DNA from: Chthoniobacterales bacterium
Lineage (GTDB): Bacteria > Verrucomicrobiota > Verrucomicrobiia > Chthoniobacterales > UBA10450
DNA: 64,000 nucleotides
NCBI GenBank assembly: GCA_035536995.1
Contig: DATLNB010000047.1
Coordinates: forward strand, 1,047-65,046
Reading direction: 5' to 3'
In this document: positions 34,887-44,907 of the stretch, in pieces
How the letters are laid out: every line of letters starts with the position of its first letter
How positions within the stretch are numbered: position 1 is the stretch's first letter
Made by a program: the position numbers and the translations under genes
Notes under the pieces: model-generated
Seen by the model: only the letters and a program-made list of their open reading frames with translations
Database searches by the model: none
What the model was told of the DNA's origin: nothing

Positions 34887-36269
34887 TTAGGCCAGCACTG
34901 CTTCGGGCTGTCGCGCCCCTGCTACTACTCCCGCGAGGGTAAGACGAAATTCCGTCCACTCGTCATCAGAGCGAATCAATTCGAGGCGGCCGCCATGGGC
35001 CTTCGCCAATTCGCAGGCAATGCTCAATCCTAATCCCTGTCCCGAAATGCGGGCATCCGGACGCGCTCGATAAAAACGCTCGAAAATATGGGGCGCTCGC
35101 TCGGGCGGAATCGGTTCTCCATTGTTCTTCACGGTCACTTCCGCTTCACCGTTGACGTTGCGCGCATAGATACAGATGCACCCCTCGGGCTCATTGTACT
35201 TGATCGCGTTCTCCAAAAGATTTTGCACGATGAGCGAGACCGCGCGCCGGTCGGCGACCAGGGGCAATTCCTGGGGCAAGTCTGCCTCCACCTCGAGGCC
35301 TTCCGCTTCGGCCATCACGCTCGCGTCTTCGCAGGCCCCGCGAAGCACCTCGCAGAGGTCGAATTGTTCCCGGTTCAAGACCAGGCGCCCCGCGTCCGAC
35401 CGGGCCAGAAGCAAAAGGTTCTCTGCAATCGAAGTTAATTGGTGGACCTGATGGAGGAGCGCATCCGCGCGAGTCTGCTGTTTCGACGGCGTGTCCGGAT
35501 CAGTGAGGATTTCTTCAATTCCCGCGCGCAAGACTGAGATGGGCGTTTTCAAGTGATGGGACGCTTCGGCGGAAAAACGGACTGACTGTTCGAAGCTCCG
35601 CTGTAACCGGTCGAGCGTGACATTCATTACCTTGATCAGCTCGGCAATTTCGTCCTCGGTGGGTGGGACTGGAAGACGTTGGTCGAGATTGTCCACACTG
35701 ATCCGGGAGGCCGCGTGGCTGATTGCTTCGACCGGAGCGAGCGCCTGCCTCGCGACCCATCGGCCGCCGATCGTGATGACGATCAGAACCGTCGGGATCG
35801 CCCCTACCATTCCAAGGAGGATGTCCCAGCCAATGCGATTTACTTCCCTCATGTCGGCGCCGACACAAAGGGTTAGTCCGTTCCACTGATAGGTGCCCAT
35901 TCGAATACTGCGTTCATCGATCTTGCGCGTGTGCACGTTCTCAATGCCGTCAAGCATTCCGGAAGGCGGAACATTGGCGGATCGATAAATGATTTCCCCA
36001 GCCGGTCCGCGGATCTCGATGAAGCGGTCTTTTAACGCGAGCGGGACGAACTTTTCCTGGAAAGCCCGGCTGTTGGTCGCCAGGCCGCCCTCGAAGTTTT
36101 CCACGTCGCGGAACAACTCCCGGGCGTCGAGAGCAAGGCGCTCATCGAAGGCCTTCATTTCCCAGAACCGCATGATGGTCCACGTCGTGGTTGCACCCGC
36201 GAGGGTGGCGACAACCGCAAGGGCCGCGGCGTAAACCGCGAGTTTCCAACGCAGAGGCCAGCGCTTCAT
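34887..36269 (-). CDS. Two-component sensor histidine kinase (2 TM, HAMP, HisKA, HATPase)
   Basis: Start set at MKRWPLRWKLAVYAAALAVV, whose ATG overlaps the regulator stop (ATGA at 36266-36269). H-box ASHHLKTPIS; NLLENAIKYN; GQGLGLSIA. Confidence 0.9.
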   Translation of the reverse strand: MKRWPLRWKLAVYAAALAVVATLAGATTTWTIMRFWEMKAFDERLALDARELFRDVENFEGGLATNSRAFQEKFVPLALKDRFIEIRGPAGEIIYRSANVPPSGMLDGIENVHTRKIDERSIRMGTYQWNGLTLCVGADMREVNRIGWDILLGMVGAIPTVLIVITIGGRWVARQALAPVEAISHAASRISVDNLDQRLPVPPTEDEIAELIKVMNVTLDRLQRSFEQSVRFSAEASHHLKTPISVLRAGIEEILTDPDTPSKQQTRADALLHQVHQLTSIAENLLLLARSDAGRLVLNREQFDLCEVLRGACEDASVMAEAEGLEVEADLPQELPLVADRRAVSLIVQNLLENAIKYNEPEGCICIYARNVNGEAEVTVKNNGEPIPPERAPHIFERFYRARPDARISGQGLGLSIACELAKAHGGRLELIRSDDEWTEFRLTLAGVVAGARQPEAVLA

Positions 36270-36937
36270 TCTGATTCGGCTTCGCGGATCGTGTAGCCGA
36301 CATGCCGAACGGTGTGGATCAGGGGCGGATTGCCGATTTTTTTTCGTAACCGGCCAACGAAGACTTCCACCAGTTTCATGTCGTACTCGTGCTCGCGTTC
36401 CCAGACGCGTTCGCACAATTCCGTGCGGGTGAAAACGCGCCCCGGCTCGCGCATGAGCACTTTTAGCAAGGTTAGCTCGCGAGTGGAAAGCTCGATCTGC
36501 CGCTCGCCGCGGTGCACTTCCTGGCTTGCCTGGTGGAGGGTGAGATCGCCCACGCGCAGGACCAGCTCCGGTTCCTCCGCATAACGGCGTCCGAGCGCGC
36601 GGACCCGGGCCAGCAGCTCCTGCATTGCGAACGGCTTGGCTAGATAATCGTCCGCCCCGAGCTGGAGCCCGGTGACGCGGTCGTTTAATTCCCCGCGTGC
36701 CGTCAGCATGAGGACGCGATGGGAGAGATTTTTCGCGCGCATCCGTTTCAAAACTTCGAAGCCATCCATTCCGGGTAAGCCGACGTCGAGGACCACGAGA
36801 TCGAACGCCGTTCGTTCCGCTTCGCCAAGCGCCGTCTCGCCGTCGTGAATGACGACGGGATCGTGCCCCGCCTCGGTGAGGGCGGACGCCACGTGCCGGG
36901 CGAGCCGGACCTCGTCATCTACGACCAGGATGTGCAT
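36266..36937 (-). CDS. OmpR-family response regulator
   Basis: REC (MHILVVDDE ... LVVLDVGLPGMDG ... KPF) plus winged-helix output (LTLLKVLMREPGRVFTRTEL ... VEVFVGRLRKKI ... IHTVRHVGY). Confidence 0.95.
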   Translation of the reverse strand: MHILVVDDEVRLARHVASALTEAGHDPVVIHDGETALGEAERTAFDLVVLDVGLPGMDGFEVLKRMRAKNLSHRVLMLTARGELNDRVTGLQLGADDYLAKPFAMQELLARVRALGRRYAEEPELVLRVGDLTLHQASQEVHRGERQIELSTRELTLLKVLMREPGRVFTRTELCERVWEREHEYDMKLVEVFVGRLRKKIGNPPLIHTVRHVGYTIREAESE

Positions 36938-37066
36938 GCTTTTATCACCAGAGCAGGGGCCGCCGACATCGACAAATCCATGCTCGGTCGGGACGCAAGA
37001 GCGTCATCACGCACGGTATGGGCGCGAATCCGTGCAGCGAGTGCGTAAAAGTAACGCCTTTGTTAC

Positions 37067-37237
37067 TTATGCAGCGAGCAGGTCTTGTTCGTCGAAGGCC
37101 GCGATAATTTCGCAACCGATCAGGAGCTTGGCCAGGTCGTCGCAATCGCGAAGGGCTTTGTCAGTCAGCAGGCGCAGCCAAAAATCCGATGGGATATCTT
37201 CCGACTTCGAGGGTTCGACCACGGCTGGATTGAGCAT
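37067..37237 (-). CDS. Possible small ORF (56 aa) below the ORF-track cutoff
   Basis: Hand translation: MLNPAVVEPSKSEDIPSDFWLRLLTDKALRDCDDLAKLLIGCEIIAAFDEQDLLAA. Third positions are GC-rich like neighbouring genes. No family recognised. Confidence 0.3.
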   Translation of the reverse strand: MLNPAVVEPSKSEDIPSDFWLRLLTDKALRDCDDLAKLLIGCEIIAAFDEQDLLAA

Positions 37238-37280
37238 GACCCGACCTTAGCAACGCACATGCCACCGCCGCCATTGCGGC

Positions 37281-37368
37281 GGAAATCCCAAGTTTCAAAT
37301 CCCAAGCTCCAAATCGAGTCCGCCACGCGCCCCTTTTGGGGTTTGGGATTTCGGATTTGGGATTTCCC
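37281..37368. repeat. Long imperfect inverted repeat (hairpin) built from AAATCCCAA units, just 3' of tRNA-His
   Basis: The left arm is GGAAATCCCAAGTTTCAAATCCCAAGCTCCAAA. The reverse complement of the right arm is GGAAATCCCAAATCCGAAATCCCAAACCCCAAA. That gives blocks of 11 and 9 matches separated by 5-nt bulges. Confidence 0.7.
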
Positions 37369-37384
37369 GCGCGCGGCGCGGGCG

Positions 37385-37457
37385 GGTGACCGACGGGACT
37401 CGAACCCGCAACAGCCAGAATCACAATCTGGAGCTCTACCATTGAGCTACGGTCACC
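37385..37457 (-). tRNA. tRNA-His (anticodon GTG) with encoded G-1
   Basis: Hand-folded: G-1, acceptor GTGACCG/CGGTCAC, D arm GCTC-AATGGTA-GAGC, anticodon arm CCAGA-TTGTGAT-TCTGG, variable loop CTGTT, T arm GCGGG-TTCGAGT-CCCGT, discriminator C pairing with G-1. Confidence 0.9.
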
Positions 37458-37471
37458 AAAACGAGAGCCAG

Positions 37472-37499
37472 ATTCTAGTTTTTCGAACGCTCTTTGCAA
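37472..37499 (-). promoter_or_regulatory. Candidate sigma-70-type promoter for tRNA-His
   Basis: On the minus strand: TTGCAA - 16 nt - TAGAAT. The -10 element ends 14 nt upstream of the tRNA 5' end. Confidence 0.45.
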
Positions 37500-37607
37500 A
37501 CGTGAAACCGGCCTCGCTGGCACGCTGGCCGCTTTAATTGAAACCGCAGTGCTCTCGGGCATTGCAACTCAACCAACCACATGACTAGTCTCAGGCTTCT
37601 CCAAAGC

Positions 37608-39713
37608 ATGAAAAAAATCGGGCTGCTGCTTTTCGCCGGTTTTTGTCTGGCCCTCGCGCCTGTTCGTCTCGCTGCGCAGTCCGACGATCCGAGCGACGTT
37701 TTTCTGAAGGCCTACATGACCTCGCAGCAGGGTGAAAAACTCGAACACGACAATCAGCTCCAGGCCGCGCTCGCGAAGTTCCGTTTTGCCGGCAGCCTTC
37801 TCGAGGAGCTCAAGAAAACCCATGGCGACTGGCAGCGCGCAATCGTTGATTACCGGAGCCGCAAAATCAGCGAAAATATTATCCGAGTGCAGGGCAAGCT
37901 CGGCACTCAAAAAGACCTGGCAGCGACGTCGAACGTTCCGCCTCCAGCAGCATCGAACCCGCCCGTTTTGCCGAAGAAGTCCGGGCCTCCGGAGCCAAGC
38001 GTCGAAGTTACCGCGCCACCGGCCAGTCAACCGAAGCCAGCCGCTGAAAAACCAGTGCCTGTGATCGCGCAAACCGCCCCGAGTCCTTCTGTCGCGAGCG
38101 ACGCGGCGATAAAGGAAGCGACCAAAAAATTGCAGGACAAAGTCGATCAGCTCCAAAGTGAGCTCGAGAAGTCGCGGAACCAGTACGATGCCGTGGCGAA
38201 AGAGAAGGAGACGCTGAACGGCCGGTTGCAGGAGACCAACACGAAGCTGGAGCAGGCCCAGGGCGAGCTGGAGAAAACCAAAGGCGCGGAACAGGAAGTT
38301 CGCAGCCAACTGGCATCAGCGGAAGAGTCTTTGAAGAAAATTGCCGGGAGCGACCGGGAAGATTCCAAGAAGCAGGAGGCGCTTCGGGCCGAGATCAACC
38401 AGTTGAAGAAGGCGCTCGCATCGGCTGAAAAGGGCCGCGCGGCCGCCGAGAAGGAGAAGGATGCCGAGAGCGCGAAAGTGACCGCCGTCACGAAGGAGCG
38501 CAATCAACTACTGGCGGATTTGAAGACGGCGAAGCAAGCCCAGGAGCGGGTCCAAGGGCTCGTCTCGGAAAACACCGATCTTAAGTCGAAGCTCGCCCTG
38601 GCCGAAAAGACGGTTCGGGAGATCAGCGCGGACAAGCCGAAGAAGGAACAGGAAGTCGCTGAAGTGAAACGGCAGGTGGAGCAGTTGAGGCAGCAGCTCG
38701 CGGCCAGCCAAAAGCAAAACCGGGACTTCGAAGTGACCGTCGCCGACCTGCGCTCGCAATTGGCGGAGGCCGGGACCGAGTTGGAGAAGGCCAAGCTGAC
38801 CGGCGCCAACCCGGAAGAAACCGCCCGGTTGATGAAGGAGAACGACATGCTCCGCAAGATCGTTCTGAGGGAGCGCCAGGAAGAAGCCCGACGAGAGCAG
38901 GCCAAAAAACTTATGCTCGCCGAGTTCGAGAAGCTTCAGATCAAGTCGGACACATTGAACCAGCAAATCGAGTTGCTGGCTCAGCCTGTGACGAAACTGA
39001 CCGAGGCCGAGCTGGCCTTGCTCCGTCAGCCTGTGGTCGCGGTCTCGGATGTCGCGCCGACCTCTTCGTCAGGAACGTTTGCGCTCGCAAAACAGCAGGG
39101 CCCGACGAAACCCAGTGCGCCGGCCGGCCCGACGGTGCAGACCAGCGCCCCGGCCGTTCCGGATGAGCTCGCCTCCGTGGCGCGAGACGCCAAAGAAAAT
39201 TTTGAGAAAGGGAAGTATCGGGCCGCTGAAAAGCAGTACCAGGAGATTCTGACCAAGGCGCCGAATAATCTCTATTCACTCTCCAACCTCGGGGTTGTGT
39301 ATTTCCGCACCGGCAAGTGGAAAGCGGCCGAGCTCACCTTGAAGAAAGCGGTCGCGCTCGCGCCAAAAGATGAGTTCGCGCACACCACCTTGGGCATCGT
39401 TTATTACCGCCAGAGCAAATTTGACGACGCGATCACCGAGTTGACCACAGCCCTCGGGATCAATCCGAAGAGCGCAACGGCGCACAATTATCTCGGCATC
39501 ACCGCGAGCCAAAAGGGTTGGCAGGAGGCGGCTGAGAAAGAGATGCTAGACGCGATCGCCGCGAATCCGGACTACGCCGACGCGCATTTCAATCTGGCGG
39601 TTGTTTATGCGACGAGCCAGCCGCCCGCGAGAGAGCAGGCAAAGCTGCACTATGTGAAGGCGACTTCGCTCGGCGCGCAGCCTGATCCAGCGCTCGAAAA
39701 ACTCCTCAGATAG
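37608..39713 (+). CDS. Secreted/lipoprotein-like coiled-coil protein with C-terminal TPR repeats
   Basis: Signal peptide (MKKIGLLLFAGFCLALAP). About 400 aa of heptad-rich Glu/Lys/Gln/Ala coiled coil. C-terminal TPRs (NLGVVYFRTGKWKAAE, TLGIVYYRQSKFDDAI, NYLGITASQKGWQEAA). Confidence 0.8.
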   Translation: MKKIGLLLFAGFCLALAPVRLAAQSDDPSDVFLKAYMTSQQGEKLEHDNQLQAALAKFRFAGSLLEELKKTHGDWQRAIVDYRSRKISENIIRVQGKLGTQKDLAATSNVPPPAASNPPVLPKKSGPPEPSVEVTAPPASQPKPAAEKPVPVIAQTAPSPSVASDAAIKEATKKLQDKVDQLQSELEKSRNQYDAVAKEKETLNGRLQETNTKLEQAQGELEKTKGAEQEVRSQLASAEESLKKIAGSDREDSKKQEALRAEINQLKKALASAEKGRAAAEKEKDAESAKVTAVTKERNQLLADLKTAKQAQERVQGLVSENTDLKSKLALAEKTVREISADKPKKEQEVAEVKRQVEQLRQQLAASQKQNRDFEVTVADLRSQLAEAGTELEKAKLTGANPEETARLMKENDMLRKIVLRERQEEARREQAKKLMLAEFEKLQIKSDTLNQQIELLAQPVTKLTEAELALLRQPVVAVSDVAPTSSSGTFALAKQQGPTKPSAPAGPTVQTSAPAVPDELASVARDAKENFEKGKYRAAEKQYQEILTKAPNNLYSLSNLGVVYFRTGKWKAAELTLKKAVALAPKDEFAHTTLGIVYYRQSKFDDAITELTTALGINPKSATAHNYLGITASQKGWQEAAEKEMLDAIAANPDYADAHFNLAVVYATSQPPAREQAKLHYVKATSLGAQPDPALEKLLR

Positions 39714-39716
39714 TGG

Positions 39717-39738
39717 ATCGCGCGCTGGGTCGCGCGAT
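39717..39738 (+). terminator. Possible terminator hairpin after the coiled-coil gene
   Basis: 8-bp GC-rich stem ATCGCGCG / CGCGCGAT with a 6-nt loop, 4 nt after the stop. There is no T-run, so the call is weak. Confidence 0.3.
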
Positions 39739-39774
39739 GCTAATCAAACGTCGAGCGAAATTGCTCGATCCACG

Positions 39775-40488
39775 ATGCGACCGTTTCTCACCGCCGAGTG
39801 GCGTTATCTCGCCATGTTGAACTTCGCGGTCGATCCACACATCCTTCAACCGTTGGTTCCGCCGCAGACGGAGCTGGATTTCCATGACGGGGCGACCTTC
39901 GTCAGCGTCGTCGGGTTCATGTTTCTGAATACACGAGTGATCGGCCTGCCGATCCCTTTTCATCGTCACTTTGAAGAGGTGAATCTGCGTTTCTATGTGC
40001 GCCGCAAGACGGCGGACGAATGGCGGCGCGGGGTCGTATTTGTCCGCGAGCTCGTGCCGCGACGCGCGATTGCCCTGATCGCGCGAACAATTTACGGCGA
40101 GCCGTACCTGGCGTTGCCGATGCGCCACACGCTAGAGCAAAAGGAGAACAAGGTTTTCGCTCAGTACGAATGGTATCGCGGTCGGCGCTGGGAAACCGTT
40201 GCCATGACTGCCACCGGGCAACCGCAAAACGCCGCCAGCGGTTCGCATGAGGAGTTTATTACCGAGCATTATTGGGGATACACCGCGCGCGGAAACCGAT
40301 GCAGCGAGTATCGAGTCGAGCATCCCCGGTGGCGGTTGTGGACTGCGGAAACCACGAAGTTAGATGCAGACGTCGCTACCCTCTACGGACCGCGGTTCGT
40401 CGAAACCTTAGGTGCCAAACCCGTTTCCGGTTTCATCGCCGAAGGTTCCCCGATCGTGGTGCATCACCGGAGCCCCGAGTCCTTTTAG
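39775..40488 (+). CDS. DUF2071 (YqjF-like) family protein
   Basis: The N-terminus FLTAEWRYLAMLNFAVDP..L...VP and FEEVNLRFYVRR match the DUF2071 pattern as remembered. Confidence 0.7.
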   Translation: MRPFLTAEWRYLAMLNFAVDPHILQPLVPPQTELDFHDGATFVSVVGFMFLNTRVIGLPIPFHRHFEEVNLRFYVRRKTADEWRRGVVFVRELVPRRAIALIARTIYGEPYLALPMRHTLEQKENKVFAQYEWYRGRRWETVAMTATGQPQNAASGSHEEFITEHYWGYTARGNRCSEYRVEHPRWRLWTAETTKLDADVATLYGPRFVETLGAKPVSGFIAEGSPIVVHHRSPESF

Positions 40489-40516
40489 CCGACGGCCGCG
40501 GACGCGGGTAGCGAGC

Positions 40517-43423
40517 TTACCCCCGCGCCATCAGCTCGCGCAGGACGAAGGGCAGAATGCCGCCGTGGCGGTAATAATCGATTTCGATGGGGGTATCGAT
40601 TCGGAGCTTCACCGGGACCGATTGTTTGGACCCGTCCGTGCGATCGATTTCCAGGGACACCATCTGCCCCGGTTGGACCGCTTCTGAGATACCGGCGATC
40701 GCGTAAATCTCGGAGCCGTCGAGACCCAGAGTTTGAGTATTCGTTCCCTCCGCAAACTGCAACGGCAGAACACCCATCCCAACCAGGTTTGAGCGATGAA
40801 TCCGCTCGAAGCTCGCCGCGACGACCGCCTTGACGCCCAGCAAACGCGTCCCTTTTGCAGCCCAATCCCGACTGGACCCCGTGCCGTACTCGTGCCCGGC
40901 AAGGATGACGAGCGGAACGCCCTCTGCCTGGTAGCGGACCGCCGCGTCGTAGATCGACATTTGTTCGCCCCCGGGGTGGTGAATCGTCACGCCCCCTTCA
41001 GTCCCCGGGACCATCAGGTTTTTAATCCGGACGTTCGCGAAGGTCCCGCGGGTCATGACCAGATCGTTACCCCGGCGGCTCCCGTAGCTGTTGAAGTCGG
41101 CGGGCTCGATGCCGCGCGATTTCAAATAATGACCGGCCGGAGAAGTCGGCTTAATCGCGCCTGCCGGCGAAATGTGATCGGTCGTGACTGAGTCGCCAAA
41201 AATACCAAGAGGCCGAGCCCCGCGTATCTCGTCGATCGTGCCCGCAGACATCGAGAAATTCTCGAAGAACGGCGGCTTGTGAATGTAATCGCTCTTTTCA
41301 TCCCACTCGTAGATTTCGCCGACACTCGATGGGATTTCATTCCACTTCGGATTTTGCGCCGCGAAATCGCGGTAAAGACGCCGGAACACCTCCGGGGTAA
41401 GCGCCGATTGGAGCGCGTCCCGGATTTCCTGCATCGAAGGCCAGAGATCGCGCAGGTAAACGTCGTTGCCCGCGCGATCCTTTCCGAGCGGATCGGTGGC
41501 CAGATTCAAATCGACGCGACCAGCGAGCGCGAACGCGACCACAAGTGGAGGGGACATGAGGAAGTTCGCCTTGATGTTCTGATGGACGCGCGCTTCGAAA
41601 TTGCGATTTCCGGAAAGGACCGACGCGGCCACAAGATCATTTTCACTGATTGCTTTTTCGATCTTGGGATCGAGGGGGCCGGAGTTGCCAATACAGGTCG
41701 TGCAACCATAGCCGACAGTGTTGAATCCAAGCTGATCCAGATAGGTTTGGAGGCCGGTCTTATTCAGATAATCGGTGACAACGCGTGATCCGGGCGCGAG
41801 CGAAGTCTTGACCGATGGATCGACCTTCAACCCGCGTTCCACCGCCTTTTTCGCCAGCAGTCCGGAAGCGAGCATCACGCTTGGGTTGCTTGTGTTGGTG
41901 CAACTCGTAATCGCAGCGATGAGGACACTGCCGTGTCCGATCTCGGCATGCCCTTCGTTGAACTCACGTGCGTGCGTCCCGGCCAGCATGTCCGCAGGAG
42001 TCGCCGTCGGCCGATTCGTGATCATCTCACTATGACCGACGGTCTTCCCGATTTTCTTGCCGCCGTCGGCGTCCATCCCTTCACCCGTATCGGTCGGACC
42101 AGCGACACTTGCCGCCTCGACATCCTCGTCCGTTGGCTTCGCGCGGCCGTTCAGGTCAAGCGGGAAACGCCGACCTAACAAGTCGTCGCTTTTCCCATAG
42201 CCGCCGTCTTTCACCGGCCTGGCAAAGAGCGAGCGAAAAGTAGCGCCAAGCTCCGGAAGATTGATCCGGTCCTGAGGACGCTTCGGCCCGGCTACGCTCG
42301 GCTGGACATCGCCAAGATCCAGCTCCAGGTCGATGCTGTACTCAATTTCGCCTTTCCGTGGCATCCCAAACATATTCTGGGCCCGGAAGTAATTTTCGAA
42401 GGCGGCGCATTGTTCATCCGTGCGTCCGGTCGCACGGAGATACGTTACTGACTCGGCATCGACTGGGAAAAACCCCATGGTCGCGCCGTACTCCGGGGAC
42501 ATATTCCCGATCGTGGCCCGGTCTGCCACCGGTAACGATTCTGCGCCTTCGCCATAGAATTCGACAAATTTTCCGACCACTTTCTGGGACCGCAGCATCT
42601 GGGTGATGTGCAGCGCCAGATCGGTCGCGGTAACGCCTTCGCGCAGCTCGCCACTCATATGGACTCCGACCACTTCCGGCGTGAGAAAATAAACCGGCTG
42701 CCCGAGCATGCCTGCCTCGGCTTCGATCCCGCCGACGCCCCAGCCAACGACACCCAGTCCGTTGATCATCGTGGTATGCGAGTCGGTGCCGACGAGTGTG
42801 TCCGGGTAAAAAAGTTGAGAATCGTCGGTTGAGCCCTGGGAGTTCAATACGCCTTTCGCGAGATACTCGAGGTTGACCTGGTGAACGATCCCGATGCCGG
42901 GCGGAACAAGTCCAAAGGTCTTAAATGCCTGCTGGCCCCATTTGAGGAATTGGTAACGCTCGCGATTGCGCTTGAACTCCATCTCCATGTTGAGCTGCAA
43001 CGCCTGCGCCGAACCTGCAAAATCGACCTGGACCGAATGGTCGACCACCAGATCCACCGGCACCAGCGGCTCGATGATCTTGGGGTCGCCCCCAAGTTCT
43101 TTCACCGCGCTGCGCATTGCCGCCAGATCGACGACAAGCGGAACGCCGGTGAAGTCTTGAAGGACGATTCGCGCAACCACGAACGGAATCTCCTCGGCCG
43201 CGGGCGCCTTGGCGTTCCAGTTCGCGAGGGTCTCCACGTCTTTCCGCCGGACCTTTTTCCCATCGCAATTCCTAAGAACCGATTCGAGCACGATCCGGAT
43301 GCTGACTGGGAGGCGGGAGATCGGCCCAAGGCCCTGCTCCTCCAGCGCCGGCAAGGAAAAAAACGAACCTTCCCGTCCGCTCCCGGCATCGAACCGCCGC
43401 AGGGTTTTGAACTCGTCCGTCAC
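40517..43423 (-). CDS. acnA: Aconitate hydratase A
   Basis: Aconitase signatures: [78 protein letters not shown] start overlapping the peroxiredoxin stop (GTGA). Confidence 0.95.
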   Translation of the reverse strand: MTDEFKTLRRFDAGSGREGSFFSLPALEEQGLGPISRLPVSIRIVLESVLRNCDGKKVRRKDVETLANWNAKAPAAEEIPFVVARIVLQDFTGVPLVVDLAAMRSAVKELGGDPKIIEPLVPVDLVVDHSVQVDFAGSAQALQLNMEMEFKRNRERYQFLKWGQQAFKTFGLVPPGIGIVHQVNLEYLAKGVLNSQGSTDDSQLFYPDTLVGTDSHTTMINGLGVVGWGVGGIEAEAGMLGQPVYFLTPEVVGVHMSGELREGVTATDLALHITQMLRSQKVVGKFVEFYGEGAESLPVADRATIGNMSPEYGATMGFFPVDAESVTYLRATGRTDEQCAAFENYFRAQNMFGMPRKGEIEYSIDLELDLGDVQPSVAGPKRPQDRINLPELGATFRSLFARPVKDGGYGKSDDLLGRRFPLDLNGRAKPTDEDVEAASVAGPTDTGEGMDADGGKKIGKTVGHSEMITNRPTATPADMLAGTHAREFNEGHAEIGHGSVLIAAITSCTNTSNPSVMLASGLLAKKAVERGLKVDPSVKTSLAPGSRVVTDYLNKTGLQTYLDQLGFNTVGYGCTTCIGNSGPLDPKIEKAISENDLVAASVLSGNRNFEARVHQNIKANFLMSPPLVVAFALAGRVDLNLATDPLGKDRAGNDVYLRDLWPSMQEIRDALQSALTPEVFRRLYRDFAAQNPKWNEIPSSVGEIYEWDEKSDYIHKPPFFENFSMSAGTIDEIRGARPLGIFGDSVTTDHISPAGAIKPTSPAGHYLKSRGIEPADFNSYGSRRGNDLVMTRGTFANVRIKNLMVPGTEGGVTIHHPGGEQMSIYDAAVRYQAEGVPLVILAGHEYGTGSSRDWAAKGTRLLGVKAVVAASFERIHRSNLVGMGVLPLQFAEGTNTQTLGLDGSEIYAIAGISEAVQPGQMVSLEIDRTDGSKQSVPVKLRIDTPIEIDYYRHGGILPFVLRELMARG

Positions 43424-43914
43424 TTCAACTCCGCCAGCTTCGCTTTGATCTTGTCAAAATTCGGCAGCTCGCGCGCGTCGTCGTTGCTTTCCGAATATTG
43501 AATCACACCATCGCGGTCGATGACGAACGCGGAACGCTTGGCCACCCCGTTCATTCCGAAGTTCATCTGGGGGAGGAATGAGTCGTAGGCTACGTCGTAT
43601 TGTTTCGCGACCTTATGTTCGTAATCGCTCAGGAGAGTGACCGAGATATTTTCCTTCTTCGCCCAGGCGTCGAGGGTAAACGGGCTGTCGCCACTAATCC
43701 CATAAACGACCGCGTTCATTCCGCTGTAATTTGGGAGCTCTGAGGTCAGGCCGCACATTTCCGACGTGCACACCCCGGTGAACGCCATCGGAAAGAAGAG
43801 AAGGACGGTGTTCGTTTTGCCGAGGTTATCGCTCAGCTTCACCTGCTTGCCGCCCTCCGCCGTTTTGGTCGGTAACGAAAAATCGGGGGCTTTGCTGCCA
43901 ACTGCGAGTGCCAT
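43420..43914 (-). CDS. Peroxiredoxin (AhpC/TSA-redoxin family)
   Basis: [13 protein letters not shown] peroxidatic-Cys context, with thioredoxin-fold length and pattern. Confidence 0.85.
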   Translation of the reverse strand: MALAVGSKAPDFSLPTKTAEGGKQVKLSDNLGKTNTVLLFFPMAFTGVCTSEMCGLTSELPNYSGMNAVVYGISGDSPFTLDAWAKKENISVTLLSDYEHKVAKQYDVAYDSFLPQMNFGMNGVAKRSAFVIDRDGVIQYSESNDDARELPNFDKIKAKLAELK

Positions 43915-43981
43915 AGAAATTCTCCGGTTTGGATTTGATGGGGAGGGTCAACTATAGAAACCGGAGGAACATGATCAAGCG

Positions 43982-44470
43982 ATGGAAATTCTTTGGTGGC
44001 TGATCGCGATTGTCCTCATGGCGGTCGGGTTGATCGGGACGGTCCTGCCGCTGGTGCCGGGCTCGATCGTCATCCTTGCGGCCGCGATCCTTCACCAGAT
44101 GATGGTCGGGCCAGGGAAAAGCCTCGGCTGGTGGAATATTGCCGGGCTTGGTCTGCTGACTTTGCTTTCCTATGCCCTGGAATTTGGCAGCGGATACTTT
44201 GGCGCGAAACGGTTCGGGGCCACGAAGTGGGGAACGTTCGGCGCTGTGATCGGAACTATCGTCGGCGTGTTTTATCCCTTCCCTGGTCTGCTGGTCGGCC
44301 CACTTCTGGGAGCGATCGCCGGCGAGCTCATCGCGGGCAAGAAGCTGGTCAAGGCCGGCCGCGCAGGGTGGGGGACGGTCCTTGGCAACATCGCGGGCAT
44401 AATCGCCAAATTGCTGGTCGCGCTGGCAATGGTCTGCTGGTTCCTCCTCACCGTGCCGGCGCCGTTTTGA
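43982..44470 (+). CDS. DUF456 family membrane protein
   Basis: Four hydrophobic helices; LPLVPGS and GAKRFGATKWG motifs. Confidence 0.7.
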   Translation: MEILWWLIAIVLMAVGLIGTVLPLVPGSIVILAAAILHQMMVGPGKSLGWWNIAGLGLLTLLSYALEFGSGYFGAKRFGATKWGTFGAVIGTIVGVFYPFPGLLVGPLLGAIAGELIAGKKLVKAGRAGWGTVLGNIAGIIAKLLVALAMVCWFLLTVPAPF

Positions 44471-44476
44471 TTTTGC

Positions 44477-44881
44477 ATGCGGGACCCCGCCGAGCTGTTT
44501 CTCGACCTCGCGAAATCGAAGTTCCGGTCGCGTCGTCATTTGAATGCCGAAGAACGCGAATATCTGGCTCGTCGCGGACTCGACACCGTGCTCAAGCACG
44601 CAGCAGAGTTCATTGAAACTCGGTTAGCGCCGCGCCTCCCGGCAAACGACGGCCGGCAAACTCCATGGCGCAATCACCCGGTCTTTGTTGCGCAGCATGC
44701 CACCGCCACGTGTTGCCGCGGATGTCTGGCAAAGTGGCACCGGATTCCGAGAGGCCGCGAGATGACAGCGGAGGAACAGGGTTACGCCGTGGACATCATT
44801 GGTCGCTGGCTGACTACTGAAATGGATCGACCGGTGCCGAGGCGGAGGCTTCAGTCGGAGACGCCAGACCTGTTCGATTAA
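44477..44881 (+). CDS. DUF4186 family protein
   Basis: The HPVFVAQHATATCCRGCLAKWH motif is characteristic of DUF4186, as remembered. Confidence 0.7.
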   Translation: MRDPAELFLDLAKSKFRSRRHLNAEEREYLARRGLDTVLKHAAEFIETRLAPRLPANDGRQTPWRNHPVFVAQHATATCCRGCLAKWHRIPRGREMTAEEQGYAVDIIGRWLTTEMDRPVPRRRLQSETPDLFD

Positions 44882-44907
44882 GTGCCGTCCTGTGGTAAAC
44901 TCGGCGC

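Noticed and set aside
18476-37457. Genomic island or prophage integrated at tRNA-Arg or tRNA-His
   Set aside because: No integrase, transposase, phage or conjugation genes, and no direct repeat of a tRNA 3' end, were found anywhere in the window. An accessory character is suggested only by gene content.
37569-38966. Several minus-strand ORFs (246, 133 and 152 aa, among others) opposite the coiled-coil gene
   Set aside because: They are antisense shadows of a Glu/Lys/Ala/Gln-rich coiled-coil coding region. Their Leu/Arg/Phe-rich low-complexity translation is expected from the reverse complement.
43952-44616. 215-aa minus-strand and 207-aa plus-strand ORFs overlapping the DUF456 gene
   Set aside because: The DUF456 frame gives a coherent four-helix membrane protein with family motifs. 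The alternatives are Arg/Pro-rich with no motifs.
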